From Octopus bimaculoides (lineage: Eukaryota): a stretch of 64,000 bases of DNA. Of the stretch, positions 1 to 13,279 are shown in pieces. The notes under the pieces were generated by a model. That model saw only the letters and a program-made list of their open reading frames with translations. It ran no database searches and was not told the origin of the DNA. The stretch spans positions 15,095,456 through 15,159,455 of the forward strand of contig NC_068981.1 in assembly GCF_001194135.2 (NCBI RefSeq), written 5' to 3'. A program made the translations under genes and the position numbers. Every line of letters starts with the position of its first letter. Position 1 is the stretch's first letter.

Positions 1-10
1 ATTTATTTAT

Positions 11-200
11 TTATTTATGTGTTTCAGCGAAGTGGCTGCGGACATGCTGGTGCACCACCGTGATTTTCACGTTCCTTGCATGGCTCTTCTCCCCCAGCTG
101 ACATGGTCCAATCAAGAGTTTTGATGGCACATCTGGTGTATAAGAGAATTTGACATAGCTGCCCTAAACTGCGTCTCATTACGTGCCATTGGTTCGTCTG
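11..200 (-). mobile_element. Dispersed SINE-like repeat, 3' part
   Basis: 11-95 (ttatttatgtgtttcagcgaagtggctgcggacatgctggtgcaccaccgtg...cacgttccttgcatggctcttctc) recurs at 20871-20985. It shares the ctgtggccatgctggagcac tail with the SINE family 1 copies. Right boundary approximate. Confidence 0.6.
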
Positions 201-220
201 GTATCGTCTGGTATATATAA

Positions 221-289
221 TTTATTTAAAAGCAGCAGAAATAACTCCGAGTAACAGTCTTATGTTATATTTCTGCTGCTTTAAATAAA
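221..289. repeat. Inverted repeat / hairpin with ~25 bp arms
   Basis: tttatttaaaagcagcagaaataac (221-245) is the near-perfect reverse complement of gttatatttctgctgctttaaataaa (264-289). Confidence 0.85.
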
Positions 290-392
290 GCATATTACTC
301 TACCTCTGGTATTTGAGTACTCTTTTTTCTAAATTGTTGCACATTTTATGTGCTTANNNNNNNNNNGTATAACACTCGGAAAGTGAAGAAGT

Positions 393-428
393 CTTTAACG
401 TTTCGAGCCTACGCTCTTCTACAGAAAG
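393..428 (-). ncRNA. Degenerate PLE-type minimal hammerhead ribozyme motif
   Basis: Minus strand reads CUUU-CUGUAGA-A-GAGC(GUAG)GCUC-GAAA-CGUU-AAAG. Stem I (4 bp) and stem II (4 bp) are perfect and the stem III junction is the palindrome ACGU. The core has A6->U relative to CUGANGA. Confidence 0.5.
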
Positions 429-520
429 GAACACGGAAAGAAACAAGGAGAGAAACAAAGAGAGAAAGAAAGAATGTGTAGTGGCTAGTGATCTATCATA
501 GCTATGGTCGTCCTTATGTA

Positions 521-1396
521 GAGGGTGCGGTGAGTAAACTGTCGTCTAAATTACACAGAAATAAAAATAAAACTAACAACTCATTTTATCAGATATATTT
601 AGAAAGATTTCATAAAAGTATCTTGAAGTACTAAAGAGAAAATGTATTCAGTAAAATTGTCATTGCTTCCATCCATGGGCTCTAGACGAGTTCGGAAAGT
701 GCTGCAACTCTTCTGGGCGGTCTCCCTGTTTAAGTTGGTGAATGCCGCCATAATCCTTGATTTCAGTTCATCTATGGTGTTCCAGTTCATCTAGGGTTGC
801 TGGTCGCTCGCTCACCTGCACTCCATACATAATAATCAAGTAGTTTGCAGTCTAGGGAGTTACAGGTAATGTGGTTACAGAAATTGTTCGACAGCCATGA
901 GTGGGCTCTCTTACTTGTATGGCATTGTGCAGAATCCTGTTGCCAGGCATGGGATCTTCCAACACCACCTTCTTAACCCAGGGCAGCACTACCTCCTCCA
1001 GGGACTTGATGCAGACAGGCTTGTTGAGTCTGAGGCCATGTGGGAAGATAAATGGAGGTATAATGTCGCCATCAATAGTGGTCACTCCAAACAACATGAT
1101 CTTGACTGGATGTTTGATTTTTATCACTCTCGGTATATGTACTCAGATTTTATGGTCCTCAGATTGATAGAAAAACACTAAAAATTGTTCCTATTGGAGC
1201 TTCCGGAGCAAATACCGAGCAGTACACCCTGTCGTTTCTAAATTTTTGGCAGAGTGAATTGCGACACCGTGCTGTTGTTTTTGCAGACGGTGTCCAACTA
1301 ACTCTACTATACTGTGTAGTCGACGAAATCAAAAACAAGCAATGCTCTTGCGCGAAATAGAAAATATAAACTGGTGACAATTTACCCATCGCACGT
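521..1396 (-). mobile_element. Internally deleted maT/DD37D-type Tc1-mariner element (transposase pseudogene)
   Basis: Frameshifted minus-strand translation: KHPVKIMLFGVTTIDGDIIPPFIFPHGLRLN...VLPWV / WQQDSAQCHTSKRAHSWLSNNFCNHIT..SLDCKLLDYYVWS / NTIDELKSRIMAAFTNLNRETAQKSCSTFRTRLE. TA precedes gagggtgcggtgagtaaactgtcg at 521, and a degenerate inverted copy ggtgacaatttacccatcgcac lies at ~1373-1394. Confidence 0.9.
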
Positions 1397-1719
1397 ATTT
1401 TGTATATATGTATCGATGTAAGCATGGATGGATGTACACATATCATACTTAACCACGAAAGCACTCATAACAATTGTATATACTTCAGAGTTATTCAATG
1501 AATGTGTAAAAATATAAGTATATCAGAGGTTCTTGTACTAACGTATATCGGTATTAAATGTATAGCAGATAAACAGTTTATCTATTTATAGATCGTAGTT
1601 TATTTTCAACTTTCTAAATTCAATAAGCAACAAATAATTTTGTCTGTAATATAACACATATATGCATATATTCATACACATATGCATGCATGCAAATACC
1701 TTCAAAGAGGCGGAGGCAG

Positions 1720-1910
1720 ACATGGGCACACATACACACACACATTCAAACACACGCATGCTCACACACATACACAAACACATTCAAACACACACACAGA
1801 CTCAAACTTATACATAATATAAATAATTTTCGAAATTGCATATATACATTAACATGCTTCTACATAACTTATACACACATTCTCTGTGCCCTCTCCCTTT
1901 CCTATATTTG

Positions 1911-1947
<37 letters not shown>

Positions 1948-2001
1948 NNNNNNNNNNNNNNNNNNNNNNNNNNNNNNNNNNNNNNNNNNNNNNNNNNNNN
2001 N

Positions 2002-2057
<56 letters not shown>

Positions 2058-2150
2058 TGTGTGTGTGTGTGTATTGTGTATATACATGTATATACATACA
2101 TAAATACACACGCAAGAATATACATCTGTGTGTGTGTGCGTATGTGTGTA
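1720..2150. repeat. Compound (CA)n/(TA)n/(TG)n microsatellite around an N-gap
   Basis: Directly visible dinucleotide tracts; gap at 1948-2001. Confidence 0.95.
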
Positions 2151-2399
2151 TCTCTATTTACCTATCGATCTACATTCAAACATTTAACTACATGTAGATC
2201 GTTAGCGAGTTTTTCCCCTCCGTTTTGCCTTTCTCTTGGACTTTCTTCTCTCTCTTGTTACTGAAGAACTTTGCTGGAAACGTAAAACACCCTTTCTTTC
2301 CTTGTCTGAGCGTCTTTTAATAGTTTGCATGTACCATGTCCTCGCGTTCTTGTTTTTTAATTGTGCTTTTTCTTCGTTTTTTTTTTATACTTCATTATG

Positions 2400-2790
2400 T
2401 ATATATGTGTATATATATATGTGTGTGTGTGTGCATATATATATATGCATATATATATGTATATATTCATATGCATGTGTGTGTATATATATATATATAT
2501 NNNNNNNNNNNNNNNNNNNNNNNNNNNNNNNNNNNNNNNNNNNNNNNNNNNNNNNNNNNNNNNNNNNNNNNNNNNNNNNNNNNNNNNNNNNNNNNNNNNN
2601 NNNNNNNNNNNNNNNNNNNNNNNNNNNTATATATAGACATATACATTTGCATATATATGTATGTATATAGATAGATACACTGACACACGCATTAGCACAG
2701 ATATATGTGTATATATATGTATGTGTGCATGAATATGCAAACCTGAATGTGTACACATACATATGTATACACTTATATACACATACATAC
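2400..2790. repeat. Degenerate (TA)/(TG) microsatellite around an N-gap
   Basis: Directly visible; gap at ~2501-2627. Confidence 0.9.
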
Positions 2791-2992
2791 TTACGGACGC
2801 ACACAAAAACGCCTTACATGTGGAAACAAAGATACCCAGTAACAGATAGGCAATGCTTCAAGTATTCTCTTGCCGTGCTATTAATCGATATATGTTTTGG
2901 AAAACAAAATCACGACATTTACCAATTTTGGCTTTTATCCAATATTTTCAAATCGGAATCCTATATTTTATTCTAATCCTGCTGTTACTTAC

Positions 2993-3122
2993 AGAAGATT
3001 AGAGCAATGTCATATCGCCTTCTCATCATTTTCATATGGTCGCCAACATAAAGATTGATTTTCCTAACCAGATCTATGCAGTTAATGATATGCACATCGA
3101 AATATTTTGGAGTGATGTAGCT
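2993..3122 (-). CDS. Candidate internal coding exon (130 nt, phase 0 to 1), product unknown
   Basis: Acceptor aaatctttggtttAG, donor GTAAGT. One open frame, SYITPKYFDVHIINCIDLVRKINLYVGDHMKMMRRRYDIALIF; the other two frames have stops. No homology recognised. Confidence 0.3.
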
Positions 3123-3390
3123 CTAAACCAAAGATTTTATTTCCTAAAAATATTTTGTTTTTATCTTTACATTTGGTGTTTTGGTGGTCAGCTTAACATT
3201 GATTCAACAATGTATGCCACTTCCAGTAAAATGGAAATACTTTGATGTCCATTTAATTCCACTTGTAATAGTATATTTGATGTTCACATCTACACGCACA
3301 CACACAAACACATATGTATATTAGGGTTATGACTTTTCACAAACTAATAACCCTACACTGCAAGTCGATGAATAATGTTATAAGAGTCAC

Positions 3391-5818
3391 TAAACGGACA
3401 TATATTTTGCTTTGTTTGAAAAAATGTCACCCCCAACTTAAGAAATTGATAACCACTTTTTACCCAAATCATGCAAAATTCTAGTAGTGTATTCATAACG
3501 CCTGCTCAAATTTTTACCAAACTTGGTTTGCTGACTCAATGCAATGCAGAAATGAAATAGTACATCTGAAATTTCAGCTTTCTACTTAGAGTAGTTTCGG
3601 AGTCGTGGGCTCTTAAACTATAATCACTAAGTGGCACTAAACTGACACTTCGGTATTTCTGCTGCCGAAATCATTGTAAGCGCAAGGTAGAAGTGGAATA
3701 AAAGTGTTTTTGAAATTGCTATATGCAAAGTTTCAAAACTAGGCTATTTAAAGGCAGCGATATTTTTAATTTTATAGGTTTAATTCCAATTTTAAATAAC
3801 TGTATAAGTAAAAACGGTGCTGATTGTTAGCAAATTTTTAAACCCAACAAAGAATTAATATGTTTTGTTAGATGAATAAAATCGAAGCTGAAGTTTCTTC
3901 TTCTTTTTATAAACGGCATAAAGAATGTGTAGGTACTTGATTACCCTTTCTGCACTGTCATTTGTTCCGGGAATTTTTCGTTTTGATGGTTCTCGTCGAC
4001 TCCAAAAGTTCTTTATACAGAGTTTAATGTTTTTGTATGAACTTGCAGGCTACCACATAACTTCTGATAATCATGTGCATTGAACATTTGGTCAGTAAAC
4101 AGAAAGTTTTCCTAGGTGTAAGAGATGAATCGAAAAACATTCAGAAGCAAATCCCTTTTCTTTTGGCAGAACTATAAATGCCAAAACAGATTGTATTGCT
4201 CGAGAATTCCATCTTGCATTATTTAAGTTGAATATTTTTGTAACTTAACAATAGGAAATTTCCCGGTTTCTTCAAGGAAACGAAAAACTTTGGTCAAATG
4301 AAATAGAACTTTCATGCCATGTCGCCATCCTACTGATGCAGTAATCTTTTCTTCACCATTTGTGAAATTAGCCCGGAGTTTCTCTCAATTACTTAGAAAC
4401 TCTGGGATTAAAGTATATTCAATATTGGGAGATGATTTTTTTCTCCAAGTTCGTTGTCCATTACAACACGGAAAACTCTGTCAAGGATATGATGCTGACA
4501 ACCAATAAATTGCGGTTCTTTCAAACCCTTTTAGCAAACGGTTTTTACAAGTGAATGACAATGCCATTTCTATTCCCAGTGTTCACACTCGTTGTATCTG
4601 TGACCGTCATTTTTACACAGTTCCATAATTTGTATTCATCTAAACAAATTGTATTTCCTTTCACAACAGTATATATTTTTTTTCCTTTGGTAATTGAGTG
4701 CTTCTAACTAAACATCTCTGCTCATTCTTCAAAATGCAATGACCAGTTTTCTTCATTTTCTTTTTAAGTTTAACAGCTTATATGATAGTCGATCTGTAAA
4801 TACCAGATTGGGAAGGAGTAACGAAATTCATTCCATCATTAAGATAATTATCGACAAACTGTTGCTGCTTTTCGGGTTGATAGTTTGGAAGGTTTTACTA
4901 ACTTTGTTGCAGTTCCAGTTTTGCTATACTTCATCCTTATTCGTGTGGATAGTTCATTTGATTTTTCGAATATTTGATATTCATTTTCAGTCATTGCTTC
5001 AGAGGTTGACGATGACACCAGAGTTGCTATAGATGAAGGTGGAATTACGGACACTTTACTGCTTTTGAATGTATGGAAAGTTTTGGAACTGGCTGGCCTT
5101 CTAGTTTCATACCCAACCTGCCGCTTGCTTTCAATTTCAAGATAATATAACCTTCTATCCTCACTTCACAGGCATTCACCGTTTTCCTATGTGATGCTAA
5201 ACATTCCTTTTAATGAATCGTAGGTATTCAGCAGTTTTTCTTCTTTCGCTTGTACGTTTTGAATTGATAAATATGAGAAATCTAATTTCTTTTATCATAA
5301 CAAAAGTTACTTCTTTCGACATTTCCTTTGTTCTTTCTTTCCTTCCATTGATCGTACCAGAGAACAGGCAGTGACCGACAATTTGCAGTTTCATTGGTAT
5401 CCTGCAGTTGTCTTCCAAAGAATGATCTTCTTGAGGAACAGGTCTTCCTTTCTTTTGTAAGTCTTGAAATTGCATGAGATTCTTCGTCCAGAATTTTTTG
5501 TTTCTTTGAGCGAAATAAGCACTTCTCTTATGAGACATTATTTTAGATATTCTTGTTGGATAAGCTACTATTCTGATAAACAGTTTATATAGTCAGAGTT
5601 TTTACCGTCACAGAAATAAAAAGGAGAGGAAGAGGATATTTCCTAAAGTAGTGTCATCAGTAAAACCTTTATAAATCCTAAACTACTTTGGTAAAAACTT
5701 GAGTAGGAATTATGCACCCCACTAGAATTATGCATGATTTGAGTCAAGGTAGTGTTAGATTTCTTCATTTAGGGGTGATGGTTTTTAACAAAACTTAAAA
5801 TAAAAGTTATTTTCCTTA
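3391..5818 (-). mobile_element. Decayed hAT-like DNA transposon; transposase pseudogene at ~3870-5540
   Basis: Minus-strand fragments: LDEYKLWNCVKMTVTDTTSVNTGNRNG (~4570-4650), PQFIGCQHHILDRVF (~4475-4520), GWRHGMKVLFHLT, LNNARWNSRAI (~4195-4230), NDSAERVIK (~3935-3965). These match the DTTxVNTG, CxHH, RW and NDxAER motif order I associate with hAT-related transposases. Termini are only weakly supported (tcacccc at ~3427 vs ggggtga at ~5772). Confidence 0.8.
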
Positions 5819-6745
5819 TTTATATGAAATACATACGCACGGTTGCTCGCGCGCGAACGCACACACTCGCATATTTATGCAACGTGATCATTTCGTGTAT
5901 ACCCTGTAATGTTGATTGTCATCATATATAGAGTGGAGGCCTATCGAGGCGCGTTATATCTTCAATTGTACAGCCATTTGATACAAATTAATGTTGATTT
6001 ATTTTACACTAGTTTCTATGAGATACCTACAGTATATAATTATTTGGTATGAAACAATTAAGATATAGTCAATGTATGGAGGTTTATACAAAAGATATTA
6101 CATTGGGATATTCACGCAGAGAGTAGGTACCTGTACGATTAGCTATAATATGAAGTGTCCTTATATACGTCTAAAACGCTATATTGAGTTGACTGTTGAA
6201 GGTGAATCAAGTAAACCAGGAATTTATATATATATATATATAAGGTTGTTATATATGAGTGTACGTTCACATACACACAGACAAATGTATATATATATAT
6301 ATGTGTGTGTGTCTGTGTGCGTGGGTGTGCTTGTATGTATGTGTGTGTATGCGTGTATACATATGTATGAAAGTATGTATGCATGTACATGTAGAAAATG
6401 TGCATGTAAAGATTTCTATTCACGTAATTTAAATATCTGTATCATGCTAACAAGCACCCAAAGTAGATCGTTTAACTCATTTCGCCAACAACAGGTTAAT
6501 AAAACACCATGTTTGTTTCCTTCCTGATAGAATTATAAACGAATTGTCATGTCATTTCGTAGAAACAAAAGAATGAAGTACAATACAGTAAACAAGTTGT
6601 TTATTATCTAAAAAGTCTTACACAAGTAAAATCCTATGTTTGTGCATTTCAATTTCCTCCAACCATTTGTTGATATCATTTTATTTCGCTGATTGTAGCG
6701 GCGAATTGCTTTCCCATTACTGTTTTACATTATCGTTTAACTCAC

Positions 6746-6834
6746 CAGACAAGATAGTCGATTCATTGCGTCTGAAACTCATTAATTTATTCATGAAGCG
6801 TTGTGACGAGCGTTTCTTTTCAGTTATTATTGAA
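6746..6834 (-). CDS. Candidate internal coding exon (89 nt, phase 2 to 1), product unknown
   Basis: Acceptor tattttacttcAG, donor GTGAGT. Single open frame SIITEKKRSSQRFMNKLMSFRRNESTILS. Confidence 0.3.
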
Positions 6835-7275
6835 CTGAAGTAAAATAGTGTGCTTGCAATTTCAGATACAACAACTTATGTGCTTGGTCGTTGACGGCTA
6901 ATAATTTCAATTAGTACTAAAATTGAGCCATTAGACTAAAAGCCAACACTTTTAAATCCAATCATTCATGCATATATGATGAAACTCTGATGTTATTTTA
7001 GATCGTTATATATATATTGTCTTAGGTATAGCAGTGCCTTATACATTTTAGGTAAAATACTCAAAATGTTACATTTAGGTTTCTTTATTGTTTCTCCTAC
7101 TATATTTTGAAGAGGATTACTGATTCATTATAGATGCGACATTTGTTGTCTATTATAGAATTTTTGACAATTATTTCATAATACACACACACCCATACAC
7201 ACACACACACATGAATATATGAATGTGTATGTATGTGTGTTTGCGTGTGTGTGTGTGTCTATGTATATATAGATA

Positions 7276-7512
7276 TACTCTTTTACTATTTTACTTGTTT
7301 CAGTCATTATTTGACTGTGGCCATGCTGGAGCACTGCCTTTAGTCGAGCAAATCGAGCCCAGAAATTATTCTTTGTAAGCCTAGTACTTATTCTATCGGT
7401 TTCTTTTGCCGAACCACTAAGTTACGGGGACTTAAACACACCAGCATCGGTTGTCGATCGATGTTGGAGGACACACAGAGACACACAAGCACACACACAC
7501 ACACACACAAAT

Positions 7513-7601
<89 letters not shown>

Positions 7602-7754
7602 TAAGACGGGCTTCTTTAAGTTTCCGTCTACAAAATCCACTGACAAGGCTATGGTCGGCCCCAGGCTATAGTTGAAGACACTTGCCCAAGGTGCCACGCA
7701 GTGAGACTGAACCCGGAACCACGTGGTTCGAAAGCAAGTTACTTACCACACAGC
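7276..7754 (-). mobile_element. tRNA-derived SINE family 1 with internal microsatellite
   Basis: Reverse complement of the consensus seen at 10977 and 62415: tRNA-like head, CORE-like ggcaccttgggcaagtg, internal (TA)n/(TG)n, tail ...gctccagcatggccacagtcaaat...gaaacaagtaaaa. Confidence 0.9.
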
Positions 7755-8479
7755 TGTTTCAAAATTCTAATTCTAAAACATTGCAAGCTATAAAAAACAA
7801 TACAGACCGATTGAAGTAGTTTTCTAGTATCTTGTATTTATATATTTCAGGTTCAGGACAGCTTCACCAAGAAATTTTCTGAGAAGAGAAGTTGACAATG
7901 GATGCCTTTACAGTCGGCATGGGTTTATATGAAAGGTTGCTTTGCGTTGCTATGGTATCCATCAGCTGCCTGTATTTCAGATCTGCTATTCAGTCAAGGA
8001 TGTAATTGTTAATGAACATAGATTCTATTGTTATTAAGTTTCATTAAGTAGTTGCAAAAGAAACCGGAGCTCTTGAGTGTGGCATTCCCGTATGTGTTTT
8101 TTTTTTACGGAAGAAGCATTAGTGTAGAGGTGTTATTTAGTCTGTATGTGAACTTCACTGATAGTATTTCAAATCCAGAATTCCTTACATTTACTACATG
8201 TAGTTTTATACATCACATAGAACCTGAGAGATATGTTTTCAAATATAATCAGGTAGTTGGGCAATGTAGAAAAGGTGCTGTTTTGTCATGACCTGCTTTA
8301 AATTAGGACACACCTCACAGAAGTCCTGAGATGTGCCAGTTGTGTATATAATTTCTCCCCAACGATAGCATGTCAGATTAAAGACGTTCTGTTTTCATTA
8401 AAATGTGAGTTTCACAAAACGCGTTATTCTTGGTTCGTGTGGGATTCGTTACGAGATCTGGTGATGTCCTGGTATTTAC

Positions 8480-8900
8480 TGAAAACTATAGAGATCCATT
8501 CTTTATCATGACTTTTCTAGAGTTGATGGTGTTGGTGCTTTTGCTTCCTGCCTCCATGCATCAACTGCGTATTCTGTAGATATTGTTTCTAATGTTGAAA
8601 TTTGTAATGCCGTTTTCTGTAACAGTTTCTGGAGGTGAAGTTTTTTCTCTGTGACATTGAGCACAAAATCAAGCAGAGATAAGGAACCAGTCTTATAGGT
8701 GTGCTCCACTTCAAATTTTATATGGTCATAAATGTTGTCGCATATATTGTATATTTTATTTGCTCCCACCCCGCAAGATGATGCCTATATGAGAATGCCA
8801 TTTAATCTTCTGGTGAAAAATGGACAGAGGTGACAAATGTTGAGCTTCCTACGTTCAAACCGGCCCATATATGGGATGAGCTACAGCCTACCCAAGCTTT
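8480..8900 (-). mobile_element. Penelope-like retroelement RT fragment (decayed)
   Basis: Minus strand PYMGRFERRKL (~8845-8875) and DHIKFEVEHTYKTGSLSLLDFVLNV (~8650-8730) resemble the YMxxFE and IKFTxExExxxxLxFLD segments of PLE reverse transcriptases. Confidence 0.6.
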
Positions 8901-9036
8901 GCTCAATTTGCGTTAAGCGTTTTGTTCGTAAATATACCCCGCACCATACATAAGCATATGCATGTATTAACATATGTAGGCATGTATATATATGTATATA
9001 TGTGTACGTACATTCATATATACATATGTATATACA

Positions 9037-9068
<32 letters not shown>

Positions 9069-10116
9069 TAAATGTGTGTATAGACTTATATANNNNNNNN
9101 NNNNNNNNNNNNNNNNNNNNNNNNNNNNNNNNNNNNNNNNNNNNNNNNNNNNNNNNNNNNNNNNNNNNNNNNNNNTATATGTATATATATATATATATAT
9201 ATAAATTAATTAAATACTAAAAATAATCAGTTGTTTGCATTAAATTGTTTGTTTGTGTTTATATTGTTAAAAATAACTTCACACCAGAAAAAATCGGGAA
9301 GCTATCAGCGTGATCCGTTTCAATATCTACCTATAGTCATGAATAACACGCTAATATTCGCAAAAAATTAACCTTCGCAGATGCACACTTACAGAGAAAT
9401 ATGTAACAGTATTATTTGCGTGTTTTGCCTAGTTTTGTTTGCTCCGCTTTTCTTTGTATTAATGGCTATGACACTTAGACAACGAACTTCATATAATATC
9501 CAACATCACGTTGGATATTATAAATAACATAGTTATTTTTGCGGCATTAGTAAACAGGTAGTTTTGATGGCCTCAGATATTTTTATTGTTTACAGCAATC
9601 AATATTTTTTTCCGCTGTAGTAATTCTGTATGGAGTTGATTCTGTTTTCTTTAATAATTTACTGAATGAAGTTGCCGCAAAATTCATAAATACAACTTGA
9701 GTATTTTAGCTAAAAATAAGGTACTTTATCAATTCCGGTTGGTTTCAAATTCCTAACACTAATTACATTGGGGAATTACTCTCTATTTTTGCTCCGTAAT
9801 GTTTGTTGTGTTACATATTCTTCATCATTTCATTTCTAATCCATTGAACACTTTGTGTTCAACATTGTTAATTCATATTTTCTGCTACGTTGTCATTTCT
9901 GTTGAAGTTAGTGTCATAGATGATCATGCACTTTCCTTTTTTGTTGATGTAGATGTATGATTTTTTTGTTCGTTTGGATATTTAAAAAAAATATTTTTTG
10001 CACTGATTTATAATACCATTTTTATAAAAGAAGATATCACGCTTTTCGAAGCATGTTATACTGCATGACAATCGCCTTGAAGTATTTCCTTCATGTTCAT
10101 GTTAACCTCACTTTTT

Positions 10117-10126
10117 ATAATAATAA

Positions 10127-10195
<69 letters not shown>

Positions 10196-10205
10196 TAATA
10201 ATAAT

Positions 10206-10271
<66 letters not shown>

Positions 10272-10280
10272 AATAATAAT
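10117..10280. repeat. (AAT)n trinucleotide microsatellite with GAT interruptions
   Basis: Directly visible; it is the source of the poly-N and poly-I ORFs. Confidence 0.97.
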
Positions 10281-10976
10281 AAATACTTTAGGTATTTTTT
10301 TTTTAAATCCTTTAATATTGATATATTTTATTTACTTTTATCATTTAGAAGGAAACAAAACACGTCAGTATTTACATTATTTTGGTATTTCTTTCTAATT
10401 GTTATCATAACTATATGTTTCTTTACGTCAATCCATAATCTGGTTTCAAATGATCAACCTTGATCAGCTTTGTTTTTATCAGTCGGTGTTCGATAAATGC
10501 ACATTTGTAACATCCTAGACATCAATTTCGATTAAGTACCGTATGTGTTCTATGGAGAGGTGTGGCCTAGGTAAAATCATTACTGTAATGGAATAACAGT
10601 AACCAGGGAGTAACTTGCAGTAATTTAGTGATATAGCATATCTCTTTATGTTGCCAGATCATATGAAATGCTCATTAAGTGTACTGGCTATAATTTAATC
10701 AGCAATATCCTTCGTTTCTGAAATCGGTAGACAGAGCTGAATGGACAGTGTATATGACTGCAAAGGTAAAATCAGTGTACGTGAGGGTCCCTAAGTTGTA
10801 CAACACAACATAGGATGGCTAAGGTACAAACGACATGATCTTTGTTATGTCCCAATGAATGATGTTTCGTGTATATTCCAATATCCAATCATGTGTGTAT
10901 GCATGCATGCATGTATGTATGTATGTTTCTATGTATGTTTGTAAGTATGTATATGTATATATAAATCTCTGTCATA

Positions 10977-11385
10977 GGCGCAGGAGTGACTGTGTCGTAA
11001 GTAGCTTGTTTACCAACCACATGGTTCCAGGCTCAGTCCCACTGCGTAGCACCTTGGGCAAGTGTCTTCTACTATAGCCACAGGCCAACCAAAGCTTTGT
11101 TAGTGGATTTGGTAGACGGAAATTGAAAGAAGCTTGTAGTATATATATATGTGTGTGTGTATGTGTGTGTGTGTGTGTGTCTGTCTGTGTATGTGTCTGT
11201 GTGTCTGTGTCTGTGTGCCTGTGTGTGTGTCTGTGTGTGTGTCTGTGTGTCTGTGTTTTTCCCCCAGACATCGCTTAACAACCGATACTGGTGTGTTTAC
11301 ATCCACATAACTTAGCAAATCAGCAAATTGTGATCGGTAGAATAAGTATTAGGCTTACAAAGAATAAGTCTTGGGGTCGATTTGC
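10977..11385 (+). mobile_element. tRNA-derived SINE family 1, 3'-truncated
   Basis: ggcgcaggagtgactgtgtcgtaagtagc...caggctcagtcccactgcgtagcaccttgggcaagtgtcttctactatagcc..., internal (TG)/(TGTC) tract, then acatcgcttaacaaccgatactggtgtgtttac. Confidence 0.9.
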
Positions 11386-11669
11386 ATCTATATGCATCTT
11401 TTTTACATCCATATCCATCTTTTTTGCATCTGTTATTTTCTTTTTGATCATTGATATAAATGAAGCTATATCCTTTAATTTGCTGCTTTTCTTTACACGA
11501 ACTGAGAAGATACGTTGCGGAATTGTTTTGGTTTATGAACCGAAGAGACACATCTGCAACGTTGTATGTCCCTGAACAAGTTTTTAAATATCCCAGCCAT
11601 GAGAGATCGATTCTAGATGGGTCGAAACAATTGCAATGGTTGATAAAATATCTCTTATCTCACATCAAC

Positions 11670-11753
<84 letters not shown>

Positions 11754-13279
11754 TGTGTGTGCATGTTTGTATGAGTGTGTGTGTATGTGTGTGTTTGTGC
11801 GCATGTTTGTGTGTGAGTGTTTGGGTGTATCTGTCTTGTTTATTTATCCAGGCAATTTTCTTACGTGACATAATTTGCTTCAAAAAGTTGACATAATGGC
11901 AGTTTTAGAAGGATTTTGCAATTTGGGGAAAAGCAATTTCAAATTTTTTTTTTTTTGCCTTTTATCCTCCTAAATAGGGCCATATGGATGAGGCTGCATG
12001 TTGTAAGACACCAAGCAATCAGTAGCTACAAGATAAAGCACTGAAATGATAATATACAAACGTTGTAGCTATGGATGTATGAAGAACTAATTACCATAAA
12101 GACTGTATATAAACCATTACATTTCCAATCATATACAAACACAGGCACACATGTTTATATATACATAAATACACATACATACAGAAGCACGTCCCCCTAC
12201 ACACACAGGGGTGCGTGTTTACTTCGCTATTTCATTTGGTTTCCAAGATGTTTGATGAGAACTCGTTTGTTGAAACAAATCGTATTATATGTTGCGAAAA
12301 ATCTGAATCAAATCTGGGTGAGGGGCCGCGAATACTAACAAAAAACTGATTCCTTGTCTAACTAACAAATGATAGATTTATAGCTCGGTAAGTAATTGAC
12401 TAAAACATGAAATGAAATTGGGCCAGTGCATGTGTTTATTATAATCGGCGTAATAACCCTCCCAAGATACAAGAAGATATGCGTATACAAACAGATTAAT
12501 TATGGGAATATTTAAACAATGAAACGTGGAATTGAAGAATCATTCAATACATTAGAGTAGCATTTGTTAATTTTACATCAGGAGTAAATAAATCTATATT
12601 TCTCTCGTACGTGGAAGGAAAATTCTCAATTTTTAGTTTCAGTGAGACGTTTAATTAAACCACAATATTAGCACTGAACATGTATAGAATATCATTTTCG
12701 CAAAAGTGCAATACTCAGGTTAAATATTCAGGTAAAATTATCTGTTGCTTAATGTGTTTTTCTTACCAATCAACAAATCTAAATGAAATAATTAAAATAA
12801 AAAAAACAACTAGTTTTTTGTTTAAGACAGGTTAGTTTCCCAGAGGTCATATAACTATAAATTACTTAGCGAAGAGCTCCAATATATTTCTAGCCCCGGG
12901 ATTATGTACACAAATATAAATATTCACGAATATGCAGCTGCACATACTTACACACCAAAATAAATTGTGCATATTTTCAAAGAGATGTGCATCTATAAAT
13001 ATTTACAACGGTACAGTACGCAATATCCTTCCTATTATAGAGACAAGGAATGATATTTGTAGGGAGGATGGCTAGTTGATTCCATCGACGTGCGTGTTGC
13101 GCGTGTGTCTTTATAACCATACATGTGTGTATAGAGTGAGTGATATAGTAGATAATGCAGTGAAAGCGGCAGATATCAGTTATAGGAATGTATATAAATC
13201 ACTCATTCTGTTCAACAAAGTTCAGGAAAATTTCTTAGATGTGCAATTTTAGATATACTTGAGCAAATACATCACCTGT

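Noticed and set aside
3322-3355. 9 bp inverted repeat tagggttat...ataacccta next to the hAT-like fossil
   Set aside because: Too short, and no matching terminus at the other end of the element.
10053-10463. Poly-Asn / poly-Ile ORFs
   Set aside because: Produced by the (AAT)n microsatellite; no flanking coding signal.
11590-11645. cagccat...gtcgaaacaattgcaatggttg, hammerhead-like outline
   Set aside because: The CUGA core is missing, so it cannot be called a ribozyme.
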